A stretch of DNA of 63,846 nucleotides, the filler included, from Kipferlia bialata (taxonomy: Eukaryota), in assembly GCA_003568945.1 (NCBI GenBank). It is 4 parts of 4 records of this genome, joined end to end, with 100 filler letters (N's around TTAATTAATTAA, not from the genome) between each part and the next. Parts side by side here need not be neighbours in the genome. Positions count along the whole stretch, not along the records: positions 1 to 20,348 come from BDIP01000383.1; 3 more parts are not named here. The stretch is one strand, 5' to 3'. Below, piece after piece: positions 1 to 13,915 of this stretch. Position 1 is the stretch's first letter, and each line of letters starts with the position of its first letter. The notes beneath the pieces were generated by a model. The model saw nothing but the letters and a program-made list of their open reading frames with translations. It searched no databases and was not told the origin of the DNA. A program made the translations under genes and the position numbers.

Positions 1-3000
1 CCTGGCCCAGATGCCGGAGGAGGTGCAGGAGACACTGAAGCTGGGGGAGGAGGGTATGGGCACTGAGAATATACACTATATGTACAATATGTACACACTA
101 TTTGCACATACACAGGAGGGTTTGGTCTGAACCTGATTCATAATAGTTGTAACGACGAGTATATACACACCTCATTGTTCTATATATACACTAGATATCA
201 CTTATGGTTACCCATTTAGCCTGGAACAGGTGTACACATGCCTAAATACGCAGTTGATATATATATGTGTAAATATATGTGCATGTATATGCACGAAAGA
301 TAATACAGCTGCCCCCTCTCTCAACTCCCAGTGTACGTGCGGATATATATAGAGTATACTTGTATAGTAATCATATATAGCATATATAGTGTTATGCCAT
401 GTCTCTCACCCTAGGCCTGATCCAGGTGTACATGTGCTACAACGTCGAGGCCATGTGTGAGACATGCATCCCGTTCTCAGGTGTAGACATGTATATACAC
501 ATATATTTGTATACAAATGTATATATATACATATATATATATATATCTCCGATATTAAGGAAGATGTAAGTACATGATTCCATTCTTAGGTATGTGTATA
601 TGATACATGCACCCATTCATATCAGCACATGTCTTAAGAACCCAAGGATCTACATGTTTCGTGCATAGATAATATTTGTCTCTCCTCTATAACCACCGTT
701 GGGAATCTCTGTGTGTGTGTGTGTGTGGATACAACCTACATCTATATGAATATTGAACGTGAGTCTTCCCTTTGTGTATATCCCCGAGTGGTCCATATCA
801 TATACACCACAATACTTCGTGTTTGTAAACACCTTCCACGATAATGTAACTATGTCAGTGTCACCTATAGTCAGCACATATATGTGTTGTGTGTGTTGCT
901 GTGTTACACCTTGTGGGTTTGTTGTATCTATGAGTAATTACCGTGTATATGTCTTTCCATAGACTTGTTTATCCATCCATATCATCACATGAGTATCCTA
1001 TCTCGAGCCGGTCAGTGTTTTTGATATATCCCAGGACATATCTATATCTATATGTTATCAGGTGAAGATCCCAGTATTATATACTTCTATAAAACAATTC
1101 TACTCTGAGAATACTATACATATCACATGTATATCATATATACACTATGAATCATAACCTTAGGTGGTCAGTGCATTCGCTATGTCTCGGGGACAGAGTT
1201 GAAGTCAGCTAGGACCAGGTACACACCCCATCATTACATATGTTGATGTGACCCATGCGTCCACTCTCTCAGTAGCATTACTGGTATAGTCAAGTGTATT
1301 CTCATACACCAGAGATGCCCCCACCTTCCATATCTATCAATGTATATATGCATATACGTAAGTGTATAGGTATATATACTAATATAGCTCCAGCTATGAC
1401 CTCAGCTATAAACTCTATCATGACATCAGCGGCTTTGTCACTATTCTCAAGTATATCCTCTGGTCTCAGGGATGTGTATACATATGTGTATGTTGGCCTT
1501 ACACCAGGGATGCTATCCTCGCCCTCTATACCGAGGCCAGGGCAGGGCAGGCCCCCACAGAGGGCATTCCCCTCAATGAGGCGCCAGTGACAGGGTGAGT
1601 CGCACACACGAACACTCTAGATACCAAGTGTCACATCTATACATACCACCAACCTAACACGTCCCCTCCCCTCCCCTGCCTCTCACTATCAGTGTGGTGA
1701 GGGACCAGCAGGACTTCCCAAAGGTATGGCCACGCAGAAATATGTATATGTATATGTATACATATAGTAGCCAGTATTATGTATGTATCTGGACTACCCA
1801 AAGGTTAGGACGCACACGTATAGTTATAGATGTTTGCATAACAGTGTATACCGCTAGTCAGTTATGTATGAGTGTGGATAGATGTATGTATTGAGGTGTG
1901 GCTTGACTGACCTAGCGTATCTATAGACACCACTCAGTCTGACCACTGACCTACAAGGGTCCAGATCTATATATGTAGTATATCGTTTAGTATGTAAATA
2001 GTGATATATTAGAATACTCTGTGTCCGCTTAGTCTGACCATCAGGCTCCAGAGGTCAGACATACTAACTCACAGACAGACATATGTGTATATATATAGAA
2101 TACTGTATTGACCTCTATTACAATTGTTATAGTATCTATATGGTGTAGGTAGGTATTTGTATATATGTATACACTGTCACCCCTTAGTCTCACCACTAGG
2201 GCCCAGAGCTCGACGAGGTCCTATCCACCTTGGAGCACACTGAGGAGCAGAAGGAGAAGATTGTACGCAAATGCCATACTATATGGATAGACACTAAACA
2301 CCCCAACATATACACTACACAATCATAAGGATACACTCCATCCCGACAGATTAATCACAGCTGGACGAAATGTTACTCGCCCTTGATGCAAATCATTATA
2401 TAGCGCCAGCATCCTATCCATCAATACCCTATATATGTATACGTACACACATTTTGAACTGAGTACAGCTGGACACACATACACACTCTCTCTCTATACG
2501 TATAGTGTGTATATATTGTATGTAGTGTGTAGTGTATAGTATAGACACTGGTATATCCTCTCATGCCAGTCTGAGCACAGCTCATATGGATACACTCCCT
2601 ATTATCACAGCTGGACTTAATACCTCGTGCTTGATGGCGCCTCCTTCTATCCATTAATACACTATGTGTATACAAACGTATATATATATATACGTATTAT
2701 ATATATACGTATATATATATACTCATGCCAGTCTGAGCACAGCTGGACAAGGATGGAGGCACAGGGATATGAGGGGTTGGCCATAGGTACATATACAGTA
2801 TACTACATCCTGTTTATAGAGAGATATACATGGACTTATGTATATATCCCTATATTCATATGATACAAGTCAGGAGGCACCTGTGGGTGGATGGAAGTAT
2901 GTACTATGAGTGGTTGTATTTGTTGATTGTATATATATTTATGTATTGGTACATATAAATATACAGTATATAATATCCTATCCCACCCCAGGTGGCTGGT

Positions 3001-3788
3001 TCGACTGGGTTCAGGGGGTGGAGTACCCAGACTGCCCAGGTATATTGATATATATATATATATATAGGGACCCATACATCTATACCTATATATATATATA
3101 CAGTCATTGTCATCATCACTATCGCATTGAGTACCCAGACTGCCCAGGTCTGTACATTCAGATAGATGTACATAAGTATACGCATATATATACTGAGTGC
3201 CAAATGATTGAGTGTCCGGACTGCCCGGGTGCGTATATGGATATTTGAATATGTATGTGTATTAGGTGTGTATACATAGTCTAGATTTCTATAATTATTT
3301 ATGCAATTCCAATTAATTGTACATACTACTCTCCATATACATACATATATACTAACCATAGACTGTGGCACAGCCATGACAGGCACCGTCCTCAACATAG
3401 ACTCCATGAATACACTACCTGTACTATATTATATATATATATCTATGCTATACGTACTATTAATACCCAGACTGTGGCACAGCCATGACAGGCACCGTCC
3501 TCAACATTGACTCCATGGATGAGATCGGCCTCATGCTCGGTATGTGGACAAGTGTAACATTATACACACAGACTATATATGCATATATACACTCATGTAT
3601 ATATCACACGGCGTCTATGGACTTGGCTTCATTTGACTTACAAGCGTACCAGACCATCCTTGACCACATGTGACTATATGCTTGACTATTATTGACTCTG
3701 TTTGACCTCAGGTGACGGAGGGACTGCCCAGGTGTGCCAGTGTCCCAACCACCAGGGACAGCTGGCCATGGTGTGGGCATGTGGCTAA
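1..3788 (+). CDS. DUF1963/YwqG-like protein, multi-exon, 5' end outside the window
   Basis: Spliced by eye across GT-AG introns: LAQMPEEVQETLKLGEEG-LIQVYMCYNVEAMCETCIPFS...GLAIGGWFDWVQGVEYPDCPDCGTAMTGTVLNIDSMDEIGLMLGDGGTAQVCQCPNHQGQLAMVWACG*, with TAA at 3786-3788. The GGWxxWVQ-EYPxCPxC...IDS...GDxG...QCPxH...WAC pattern is what I recognise from bacterial DUF1963 proteins. Confidence 0.7.
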
Positions 3789-3881
3789 GGGGACTAAGGA
3801 AGTAGGCCTATTAGAGAGAGAGAGAGGGAGAGAGAGACAGCTGGCCATGGTGTGGGCATGTGGCTAAGTGGATAGACAGGA

Positions 3882-3934
<53 letters not shown>

Positions 3935-4471
3935 GGGAGAGAGACACCTCACCATGGTGTGGGCATGTGGCTATATGTAGAGAGAGAGAGAACGGGTGTT
4001 GGCAGGGCATCCTACTGGACAATGTAATGAGTAGATGGCTGCAGTGTAGTATGACAATTGTCCATATAGATGACCTGTTAGTGATAGAGTAGTCGAGTAT
4101 TCCACAGTGTACTACAAAGTGTACTGAATGCTCCGTCGCTACATGATTTCTACCCTTCTCTCCCCACTTTCTCTTTTTTCCCCAGACACGGATATCTCAT
4201 TGAGCTGCCTACTTCTGACAACCAAACATGGACAGCCCATACAAACTATGTCACTCGCTCTATTGTTGTCCCCTCAGCAGAAGAGGCCTCTGTGTAGCAG
4301 TGGACTCTACTTCTTCACCGCCTTGTTCACCTCAGCACAATCTCTGTGACCCTATTACCCTATCTTCGTTCTTCATAACCGCTATCTTTCTCCCTTCTAA
4401 CACCTCTCAATTCGTTCAGATATAGTACATACTTCATATCGTCTGTCTCTCTGTCTATTCACATCCTATCT

Positions 4472-5095
4472 CTACTTCTTGACCGCCTTGTCTATCTGGT
4501 CAAACAGGAACTGGGCATACTCGGGCTGCTGCAGCTCCTCGTCCTTGATGCCTGGGGGGTTAAAAGAATATCCTATATATTAATATCTGTATATAAATAT
4601 ATACATATATAAATATATACATATATATGTAACATACTTGTATAAACATTAGTACATAAATAGGTATGCTTCTGCAGCTCCTCGTCCTAGATGCCTGGGG
4701 GAAATAGTGTAGGTACAATACACAATGTATAGGTTTGTACAGTGTAATATATACATCCGCATGCATGTACACCAACATGTATTCATTCCCAGGTCCTATA
4801 TATGCTGCCGCCCTGAGCATACCGAGTAGCTCAACAGTGTGTCAATAGAGCATATATACACATGATATATGCATATACCAATTCATCTGTTCACTTGTGT
4901 ATCATACCTGCCGCTCTGAACATGTCAAGTAATATCAAAGGTATACACTACACCCTATATGAAATCATCTATACGCTTTATATACTATATATATCTATAT
5001 ATATATCTATTTGTACATAAGTATCATACCTGCCGCTCTGAACATGTCCAGCAGCTCCTCGGGCATGGCACTGGGGGTGAGGGTGGGGAGAGAGG

Positions 5096-5143
<48 letters not shown>

Positions 5144-8100
5144 TATGACATGGCACTGGGGGTGAGGATGAGGGGAGTATGAATTCATATAGAGAGAGAG
5201 ATGGCACAGAGATAGGGACAGGAAGGAAGAGAGAGAGACATGTATATCCAGGGCATGGCACTGGGAGAGGTGGGGAGAGAGAGGGCAAACACGCAAGAAT
5301 CGTAGTGAAAGTCTATGTATATTCACGCACAGGTATAATCACAGTAATATACTCATACTATATACCATACCTGAGGTCAAACACCTCTGTGTCGTAGTCA
5401 AACACCACATGTATTCTGTACATGGCTTCTCTACATACATGGATGACCATATCCATATATATGTGTGTGTTTATGTATATATGCATACACACCTCAGGTC
5501 AAACACCCCTGTGTCGTAGTCAAACCCGAGGAACTCATACACACTAATATATATTTCACTGATATACATAGAATATAGTATATATACAGTTTGGTATACA
5601 CTCTACCTCAGGTCAAACACCCCTGTGTCGTAGTCAAACCCAATGGTGTGCTCGTGCTGGAAGTCGGTGGGGGCACCTGATATGGGAGAAATAGGGAGAT
5701 GTATATATATATTTAGGGGGAGAGAGAGAGACCGAGATGCAGGAAGTCGGTGGGGGCACCTCAGATGAGATATCGATATGTATATATAGATAAATACATA
5801 TATGTATATATATAGAGAGAGATGCAGGAAGTCGGTGGGGGCACCTGGGATGAGAGAAGGAGATATGTATGTATATATATATGTATATATATGTATATGT
5901 ATGTATATATATAGGGAATGAGAGAAATAGAAGAGAGAGAGAGAGAGATAGACAGACGCTGGAAGTCGTTGTGGTACCTACGGAAAGACAGAGGCAAGTA
6001 CACACACACATAAATTCGGGTATATATATATCCCTGTCACCAACTGTACACACACACCATTCACCAACTGCTGTGTGTTATCTGCATATCCATACACATG
6101 CATAAAAATCTAGCACTATACATGGACACATATATATACAGAAATTTACAGACATATGTACCTATCACCAGCTGCTGTGTGTTGTCTACCTCGTCTCCAT
6201 GTAAATGCACATATACCTAGCACTATACATACACATATACATACAGAAATATATATAATCCATACCTATCACCAGCTGCTGTGTGTTGTCCTCCTCGTGG
6301 CCATGGCTGAAGGACTCACGCAGCTTGCCTGGGGGTAGAACAGGGTGCATATATGTATAGAGTATATGTATAGANNAGCTTGCCTGGGGGTAGAACAGGG
6401 TGCATATATGTATAGAGTATATGTATAGATATACTTAGTGTTTGAATCATAGATAGGTGAAGGACTCACGCAGCAGACCCGAGTGTAGGTTCACTATGAC
6501 TGACTATACATGACTCTATATGACTATCTGGGTCTACATGTAGATCGCAGAGTCTATAGGCATCGTGGGTCCATATCAGCTACCTAGATGTGTACACGAC
6601 AAACCATATATATAGTATATACATGGTATATATGGTACAGTACATATATAACTTATAGTATTTAATGAACACATACCAAACAGTGTCTGCCTCGTTGCCA
6701 TCTGCTCTGGGGTCTGGTGGGAGGGGGGGTATCGGGACAGGACGGCCTGGGGGTGAGGTGTACGTATACTAATACATTAGGGTAAGGAAGGAATGCTCCC
6801 ATTCTAAGAATCATATTCATGTACACACATTGTCAATATGTACCTTTGACAGCTCCAGGGCGTCTGTATCAAAGGAACAGGTTAATGTACGTATACATGT
6901 ATACACGTCCAATTATGACATTTATATATATTTATATATTAAAATAAATAGTATATGCAATACCTTTGACAGCTCCAGGGCATCTGTCTTTAAGACACAG
7001 CTAAGTATACACATACACACACACATATGTCCATATCAATGAAATACTTGTATATACACTATATTATACCCTATGTATACTATACCTTTGACAGCTCCAG
7101 GGCGTCTGTCTCAAAGGCATAGGACACACCCACAATGCTGTCCCTGGGGTCGGGATGATATATACAGACATATACTTCTATATCTTTACGTATTATATCT
7201 ATATGTACAAACACCACCCAACTTGTATCGAATATATACAAACACTATTATTGATATATATACATTCACATAATATGTCATATCATCAATAGTATATCTA
7301 TAATAGAGACTCATATATGCTACAAATACTACACATATAAACCCCCTCCTTGTCTCGAATGTGATGAAGTGGGCATAAGACATACCACATAGAATAATTG
7401 GAGTATGTGCTATTAATATACACCTATGCTATGTACTGCGTGTGACACCATAGCTTGTCTCGAATCTCAGGAAAGGGGACATGGAATATTCCATGAGTTG
7501 AGAGTATATTGTACACTTCAAATATATATACATATATACTGTAATATCTATACTATGAACTGCATGTGACATACCTTGTCTCGAATGTGATGAAGTGGGG
7601 CATGGGCAGGGACACCTCAAAGCCTAGATGTCAGCTTGGACATGACAATAAGAGTAAAAGTATATATATATATACATATATACAAGTATACACTAATGAG
7701 GCCCTATGCGTATCGAGAACATATATGTATATAGTAGTGTGTGGGGCATTGGCAGGGACACCTTAAATCCAATGGGTAAGGCTAGCCATGTAATGAAAGT
7801 ACACACAAGTAAGGGCACATATACAAATATTGTATGTATATGTACTATATTCTGTATACAATAGTATACTATACATACCCTCTGCTGGCAGCATCTCTGT
7901 GATAACTCTATATGGTACTTTTCAAATGATACTATATCTACACGTGCCCAAAGTATACAACAGTGTAAAAGCATATGAATGAATGATATGTATACACATT
8001 GTCCTACCCTGTGCTGGCAGCATCTCTGTGATATGTACACATATATAGTATATGCACTATAATATACAATCAATATAGATGATCTACTATGATATCGTAC

Positions 8101-8937
8101 CCTGTGCTGGCAGCATCTAGTAATATAAAAGAATCCAATCATATACCCTATGAGTATACCATATTATATATGCAATATTGTACAATAGTATATCATCCAT
8201 ACCCTGTGCTGGCAGCATCTCTGTGAACAGCACCTGGCCATCCGAGGGGGAGATCAACCTGATAGATAAGTAAAGGTATATACATATATATATAGAGAGA
8301 GCCTGGTATTAGAGAGCTAATACTATACTATAAGAAGTAGTATATCTATATATATAAGGGAGAGAGAGAGAGAGAGAGTGGACCTGGCCATCGGAGGGAG
8401 AGAGGAGCCTGATGGATTAGAGAGTTACTACTATACTATAAGAAGTAGTATATCTATATATAGAAGGGAGAGAGAGGACCTGGCCATCGGAGGGGGAGAT
8501 GAGCCTGAGGGTAGAAGAGGATATACACTACGTATATGTTTAGAATACTGCAAACACTACAACAAGAATAATACGTGTGATACACGTCTATACATTTGTA
8601 TACACCCTACCTCAGTGCATTGACCATGTTGGTCCTGTCAGCATGGAAGGTCATGAAGCATGGGGGTGAGACGGTGGGTGATACATGAACACACTATACT
8701 CATGTATATGTACAGATATGTAGCACGGAACGTCATAAAGCATGGGGTGAGGGGGGTGGGTAGGAGTGTGAAACGATGAATATGAATATGTATCCATACA
8801 TCCACGAATATATTCATTCCCTCCCACCCTATCGCTCTCCCTCTAGTATATATATAAAATCTGTGTGAGACTATGACCGCAATTAGTATATGGCCTCCCT
8901 ACCTACATGCCTTGTCTCCTCCCACTCCCCATCCGGC

Positions 8938-8980
<43 letters not shown>

Positions 8981-9789
8981 CTCCCCTCTCTGTATATACT
9001 ATATATATACTATACATGTGCATACCTACATGCCCTGTCTCCTCCCACTCCCTATCCGACACACCTCTCTCTCTCTCTCTCTCTCTCAATACTTATATAT
9101 ACTCTCTATACAGTATACATACCCACATGCCCTGTCTCCTCCCACTCCCCATCTGGCACAGCAGTGAACAGACGGGCAGGGCCACAGCAGATGTTCTAGA
9201 GGTTAAGGGAGGAACTCTACATACATATATGAGAGGGAAGGCCAGAGCAGATGTGGAGGGAAAGACAGCAGTAGAGAGAGTGAAAAGGAGAGAGAGAGAG
9301 AGAGACAGAGAAAAGTATGAAACAAGGTGGGCAAATCAATATATACACAGAGAGTCATCACAAAATAGCCACAGGGAGTAGGACGTATAATACATGATGA
9401 CACCGATTTAGAGAATCGAGAGAAGAACAGGGAGTGGGAATATAAGTCCTCGTTAACAATATCATGGCTAGAACTCAACACGCTCGTTCATGGAGAGAAA
9501 AATAAGGAGAGGGAGAGGCAAGTCCATACGTACACAAGGATAGTATACACCTGTCACTGACAGTATGTCACACTTCCATACACTCACTACACATATCACC
9601 CGCCTCTGTATACCTAACCAATACTAACTAGTGAGTAAGGCGTGACACTCTCCTTAATCAGCTCCCAAACGAAGCCCATACCACCATACGTGTCGCTATA
9701 TGTATAGTCCACTAAACACCACTCACCCTCCCCTTCCATGGCTTCAGGGCCCTCTCCACAAGACCAGTCTCCTTGGCACTCAACGGCAT
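4472..9789 (-). CDS. WASP-like protein: WH1/EVH1 domain plus CRIB/GTPase-binding domain, about 11 exons, about 225 aa, no polyproline or VCA
   Basis: Exons join in frame: MPLSAKETGLVERALKPWKGR (9789-9727) NICCGPARLFTAVPDGEWEETGHVGFMTFHADRTNMVNALRLISPSDGQVLFTEMLPAQGFEVSLPMPHFITFETRDSIVGVSYAFETDALELSKAVLSR (WH1-like) ... LVIGAPTDFQHEHTIGFDYDTGVFDLSAMPEELLDMFRAAGIKDEELQQPEYAQFLFDQIDKAVKK* (CRIB plus WASP GBD helices). Stop TAG at 4474-4472. Confidence 0.85.
6841..7110 (-). repeat. Exon-echo array (donor side) in the WASP-like gene
   Basis: TACCTTTGACAGCTCCAGGGC(G/A)TCTGT at 6841, 6961 and 7083 (the real exon). Spacing is about 120 bp with unrelated AT-rich spacers. Confidence 0.9.
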
Positions 9790-10005
9790 CCTACACTACT
9801 CAATAGGTCAGTTACTTGGTGTGTGGGTGTGTACAACTCCCCTCTAGCTGAGGTAGAGTGTATGGGGTGGAGGACACTGTAGAAGGCGACACACTACACC
9901 CTTTTCGACCAAAAAACTACATACGGCATGAGGGTGTAGGGTTCCCAAAAACGAAGGTGAGCTCTGAATCGACCTAAAGTGACCTTTTCAGCCAGATAAT
10001 CAGCT
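9790..10005. promoter_or_regulatory. Short divergent (bidirectional) promoter region
   Basis: 216 bp separate the head-to-head ATGs at 9789(-) and 10006(+). Contains GCTCTGAATC (9961-9970), which recurs exactly at 14051-14060 in the next divergent intergenic region. Confidence 0.45.
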
Positions 10006-10770
10006 ATGCGGGCTGCTGTGCTTGTTCTGGCCGTTATTGTGGCCGTGTGTGTGTCTGAGACCGTTAGGGTCCCTCTCTTTGCATTTTCCGGTGCCGAGCT
10101 CGGTGCTGAGTCTGTTTCTGACTTTGTAGCCTCTGAGGGCCAGCGCTACCTGCTTCTGGATGGCGTGTCCCACGAGAGGATCATGCTGAGGTCCTTCTCT
10201 GCCGGCATTCTGTCTGAGGGTGCCCCCTTCCACGCTGTGTCCAGCTACGAGGCTGAGGCCGGTGCCTCCCTCTCTGAGACCCTCTCCCTGTCTGTGACTG
10301 ATGTTGAGGACACAGAGGAGGCATCTGCTATGGGTATGGGCGAGGGTCTGACTGTGGTCAGGTTCAGCCACCCCGTGGTGGGCACAGAGGCAGCAGAGGC
10401 CAGGATGCAGTATGTCAGGTAGGGAGTGTATACACATATATATATGCATCACATGGGTGGGGGGATGGTGCATAGTGTGTATACATGTAGTCTTGAGAGC
10501 TAGGGTGTGTTGATTGTTGGTTATACGCCAGTAGCGTCGCCTGAGCATGTGTATATGGAGTCGGTACCGTTCTATGGTATATCGGTACCGATACCACTTT
10601 ATGGTCGATATCACATCCTATTCCACTATCACCTTTCTATGATACGTGTGCTCTAATACCTTACGCCAGGTCCCTTGTCTGCTCTGGTGCCACTGTCTCT
10701 CTCTCTCTCTGTCTGAATATATCTCTATGTCTCTCACCTCCTTGGTCCTTTGTCTCCTCCGGTGCCACTG

Positions 10771-10801
<31 letters not shown>

Positions 10802-11455
10802 ATATATCTCTATGTCTCTCACCTCCTAGGTCCCTTGTCTCCTCCGGTGCCACTGTGTACTACACCTGTGACACCACCCGTGACACAGTGCCAGTCCCAT
10901 CGGAGAGGTATGGATATGTCTATATATTGCACTGATCTTATATGTATATATTATATTTGCATATACAACACTGACCCCCAGGGTACTGACCGAGGAGCCC
11001 CCCCCCCCCTTCCCCTCTCTGAGTGTTATATATATTCATAACACATCTATATACATATACATCCCCCCCCCCTCCTCTCATAGACATGTATCAAGTGTAT
11101 ATGCTTATAGACCCCCCCCCCCTGACTGTCAGGGTGACCCAGCTGAGGTTCAACAGATACAACGGCAGCTGGCTGGACGTGGTACTCACGGAGGAGAAGG
11201 GGGATGAGGTGAGATAGATATGGTGCAACATCACAGAGGACATTGTATAGCGTCACCGACATGTGCATACACACAATATATATACCCTATACTCCCCCTA
11301 CCCCCCAGGTCCACATGGACGATGAGGATGACTGTGTGTGTATAGTGTTTGTGTATACACTAGTATATGTATACCTCTCCTACTCATACTGATCTCAGGT
11401 CCACATGGACGATGAGGATGACTATGGCAACATGCTCCTCCAGGGGGACTGGTAG
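10006..11455 (+). CDS. Hypothetical secreted protein, 4 exons
   Basis: N-terminal signal peptide MRAAVLVLAVIVAVCVS. Exons at about 10006-10418, 10830-10907, 11133-11207 and 11399-11455 join in frame, ending VHMDDEDDYGNMLLQGDW*. Confidence 0.7.
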
Positions 11456-11808
11456 AGACACCATTTGCTAGGGGGAGGAGTAGACGCTGATGAGTGCTCC
11501 TAACCCGACAATCCCTACTACCATGTGTCTTCCTGCCTGCGTATGTTCCCGCTGTTGTATTATGTGTTTTGGCTGTCCCTCTGTCTTTCGAGGGTGTTAA
11601 TAGTGTGTTGTTTAGTCTAAGGCAGGAATAGACGTGGGTAGACAGTGTGTGTATGGGTAGAGATGGGGTGATTCGATATATATCATTGACAGAACCCAAA
11701 CCATTATACCCAATCCCACAGTGGTCACTCATCTATTCAGCTCACAATAAAAGGGCTAGAGAGCGACGTATCAGTGGGTGTAACGTATATACCCATACAC
11801 ACATATAT

Positions 11809-13915
11809 CTATGCCTGCACATGCATGTAGCTGGTGAGTGCCATCCCCCCGTCAGTGATGGACATCAGAGACACACTGTCCGTGTCAGTCATCCGATAGC
11901 TGGACTCAGGCACCTCCACCACTGAGGCATCAGTAGGGATAGTGGCAGAAGGGGGGGCTGTACTGCTATCCCCTGTCATGGGTACATCCCCACACCCAGA
12001 GAGGGCATCAGTGCCCGTAGGTTGGGGTTGCATGGTGGTAGCAGTCACACCACCACTAGCACCACATGTACCAGTGGGGTTGGACCCAGCCAGTGCCATT
12101 GGGAACACAACAGGGGCAGAGGCAGTGGAGGCAGTAGAGGTGTAGGGGGAGGCAGTACCAACAGTACCAGGTGTGGGTGTGGGTGGGGCATGCCCAGCTA
12201 TGCCTATACCCAGTGCCCCACCAACCCCACTAGCACTACCTGTGACACTGGTGCTATCCCCTGTCCTCATGACAGGCTCAGATGCAGTGTGTCTCAGTCT
12301 GAACAGGTTCTCTCTCTCCATCTGTATCTCCCCCCTCAGCCTCATGTGGTAGGGGGACCGGAGTGGACTGGCCAACACCACACCACGCCCCTCCCTCCCC
12401 CTCTCCCTCTCCCGCCGCCTCCTCATCTCAGGTGTGGCCAAGAGTCTAGGGCCCCTGGGCCTCTGTAGCAGGTGGGCCCCCGACCCACTACCCTTGAGTA
12501 CAGAGGGCCGGTGGGTGTCCAGCCTTGTGACAGTGCTACCAGTCGTGGGTGTGCCCTGTATGGGTGCCCCTCCCTCTCCCTCTCCACCCATGGCCAGCAT
12601 ATCTGCAATAGCAGCCAGGGAGGGGGGCAGGCACCTATCACCAGATGCATCAGAGGCACTACTGGATGTGTCACAGGATGCAGGGGTGTCGGTGTGGGTG
12701 GGTGGGGGGAAGAGGCCAGACGGTACATCCCGTCTGATGGGGGTGTGGGTATGGGATCCATCCCTAGACACAGAGACAGAGGCAGAGGGGGAGGCAGTGA
12801 CCCTCTGCCCTATACACCCCTGTAGGGATGGAGGCAAGGGCTGGGGGGTGGCTGTGGACCTTGGGAAGGAGTGCAGATCAGAGTCACCAGTCTGGGGGGT
12901 CAGATGTGCACACATACACACACAGATACAGGGAGTATAGACATACCTTCGGTGGGTACAGTATGCCGTATCTGTTCCTGCTCTCCCTCTCTATGTGCCT
13001 GGGCATGGACTGGGCTATGCCTCTATTGTGGGTGGGGGTCCCATTCACACTGAAGTGGCGCCTGGCCACAGTTCTGGGGGTGGGTATATATACATAGAGA
13101 GTACATACATAGTGAGTATATATACATAGAGAGTAGGAAGGACAAAGCCTGTCGCCTGTCCAGGGCTGAGGATGCGTGAAGAGATACACAGGTCATGTAT
13201 AGCCATGCATACCTTGGACTGGGTCTGGCCCTGACCCTGAGGGGACCTGTGCAGGAGATGAAGCTGGGGTCAAATGTAAAGGGAGCACAGAAGAGGGAGT
13301 ATATACTAAGAGAGAATGTCTGTAATGTGGAGATGGAGCTGGGGTCAGGGGGGCAAGACCAGGGAGGCAGAAGAGGGTGTATAAATCCGTGTGTCTCACT
13401 GTCTGGTTCATTCCAGATAGTGTACTGAAGGGTGTGCAACAGACACAATAGAGTATGGACAGAGATACTAGCACAACACACATGCACATACCTAGCCGGC
13501 TGTCCTGACTGGGCTATCCTGGACAGGACCTTGCCACACTGACAATGAGGGGGAGTAAGATATTACACTGGCAGTGACCAAGATAGGATTGACACTATGA
13601 AGTACAGAGAGGATGCACCATACTCATACCCCTCATCCACTCACATACACACAGATACCACCCTCACTCTCATCCACATGACCCCCCTCCCACCGTATAC
13701 ATACATCCACCTGATACACTCAATCCACCCCCCACCTGACTGCTAATGGACTCTGGTGTAGCCTCGGTCAGGCCATTGGCCAGGAGGAACTGCACCAGGG
13801 CCTCCACGGGCTGTGTGGACACCCCGGGCAGCATAGACGTGACCCCAGTGTGGGAGTGAGGGTAGGCATCACTGGACTCCGGCACACACACGCCACTCTC
13901 GGCACGGTGCGTCAT
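11809..13915 (-). CDS. Hypothetical Ser/Thr/Pro-rich low-complexity protein, about 5 exons
   Basis: First exon MTHRAESG...ESISSQ, small internal exons (CGKVLSRIAQSGQPAR; TVARRHFSVNG...YPPK) and a long terminal exon within the 370-aa ORF 11809-12921. No recognisable domain. Confidence 0.55.

Noticed and set aside
6317..6426. Exact ~50-bp tandem duplication around 'nn'
   Set aside because: Identical flanks either side of a gap suggest an unmerged scaffold overlap.
6841..9160. CRISPR array
   Set aside because: The repeats are copies of local exon ends and differ from intron to intron. The spacers are low-complexity, no cas genes are present, and the DNA is eukaryotic.
650..9481. Many 60-170 aa ORFs rich in YI/IY, SL or ER
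   Set aside because: They are translations of (TA)n and (GA)n intronic microsatellites or antisense frames.
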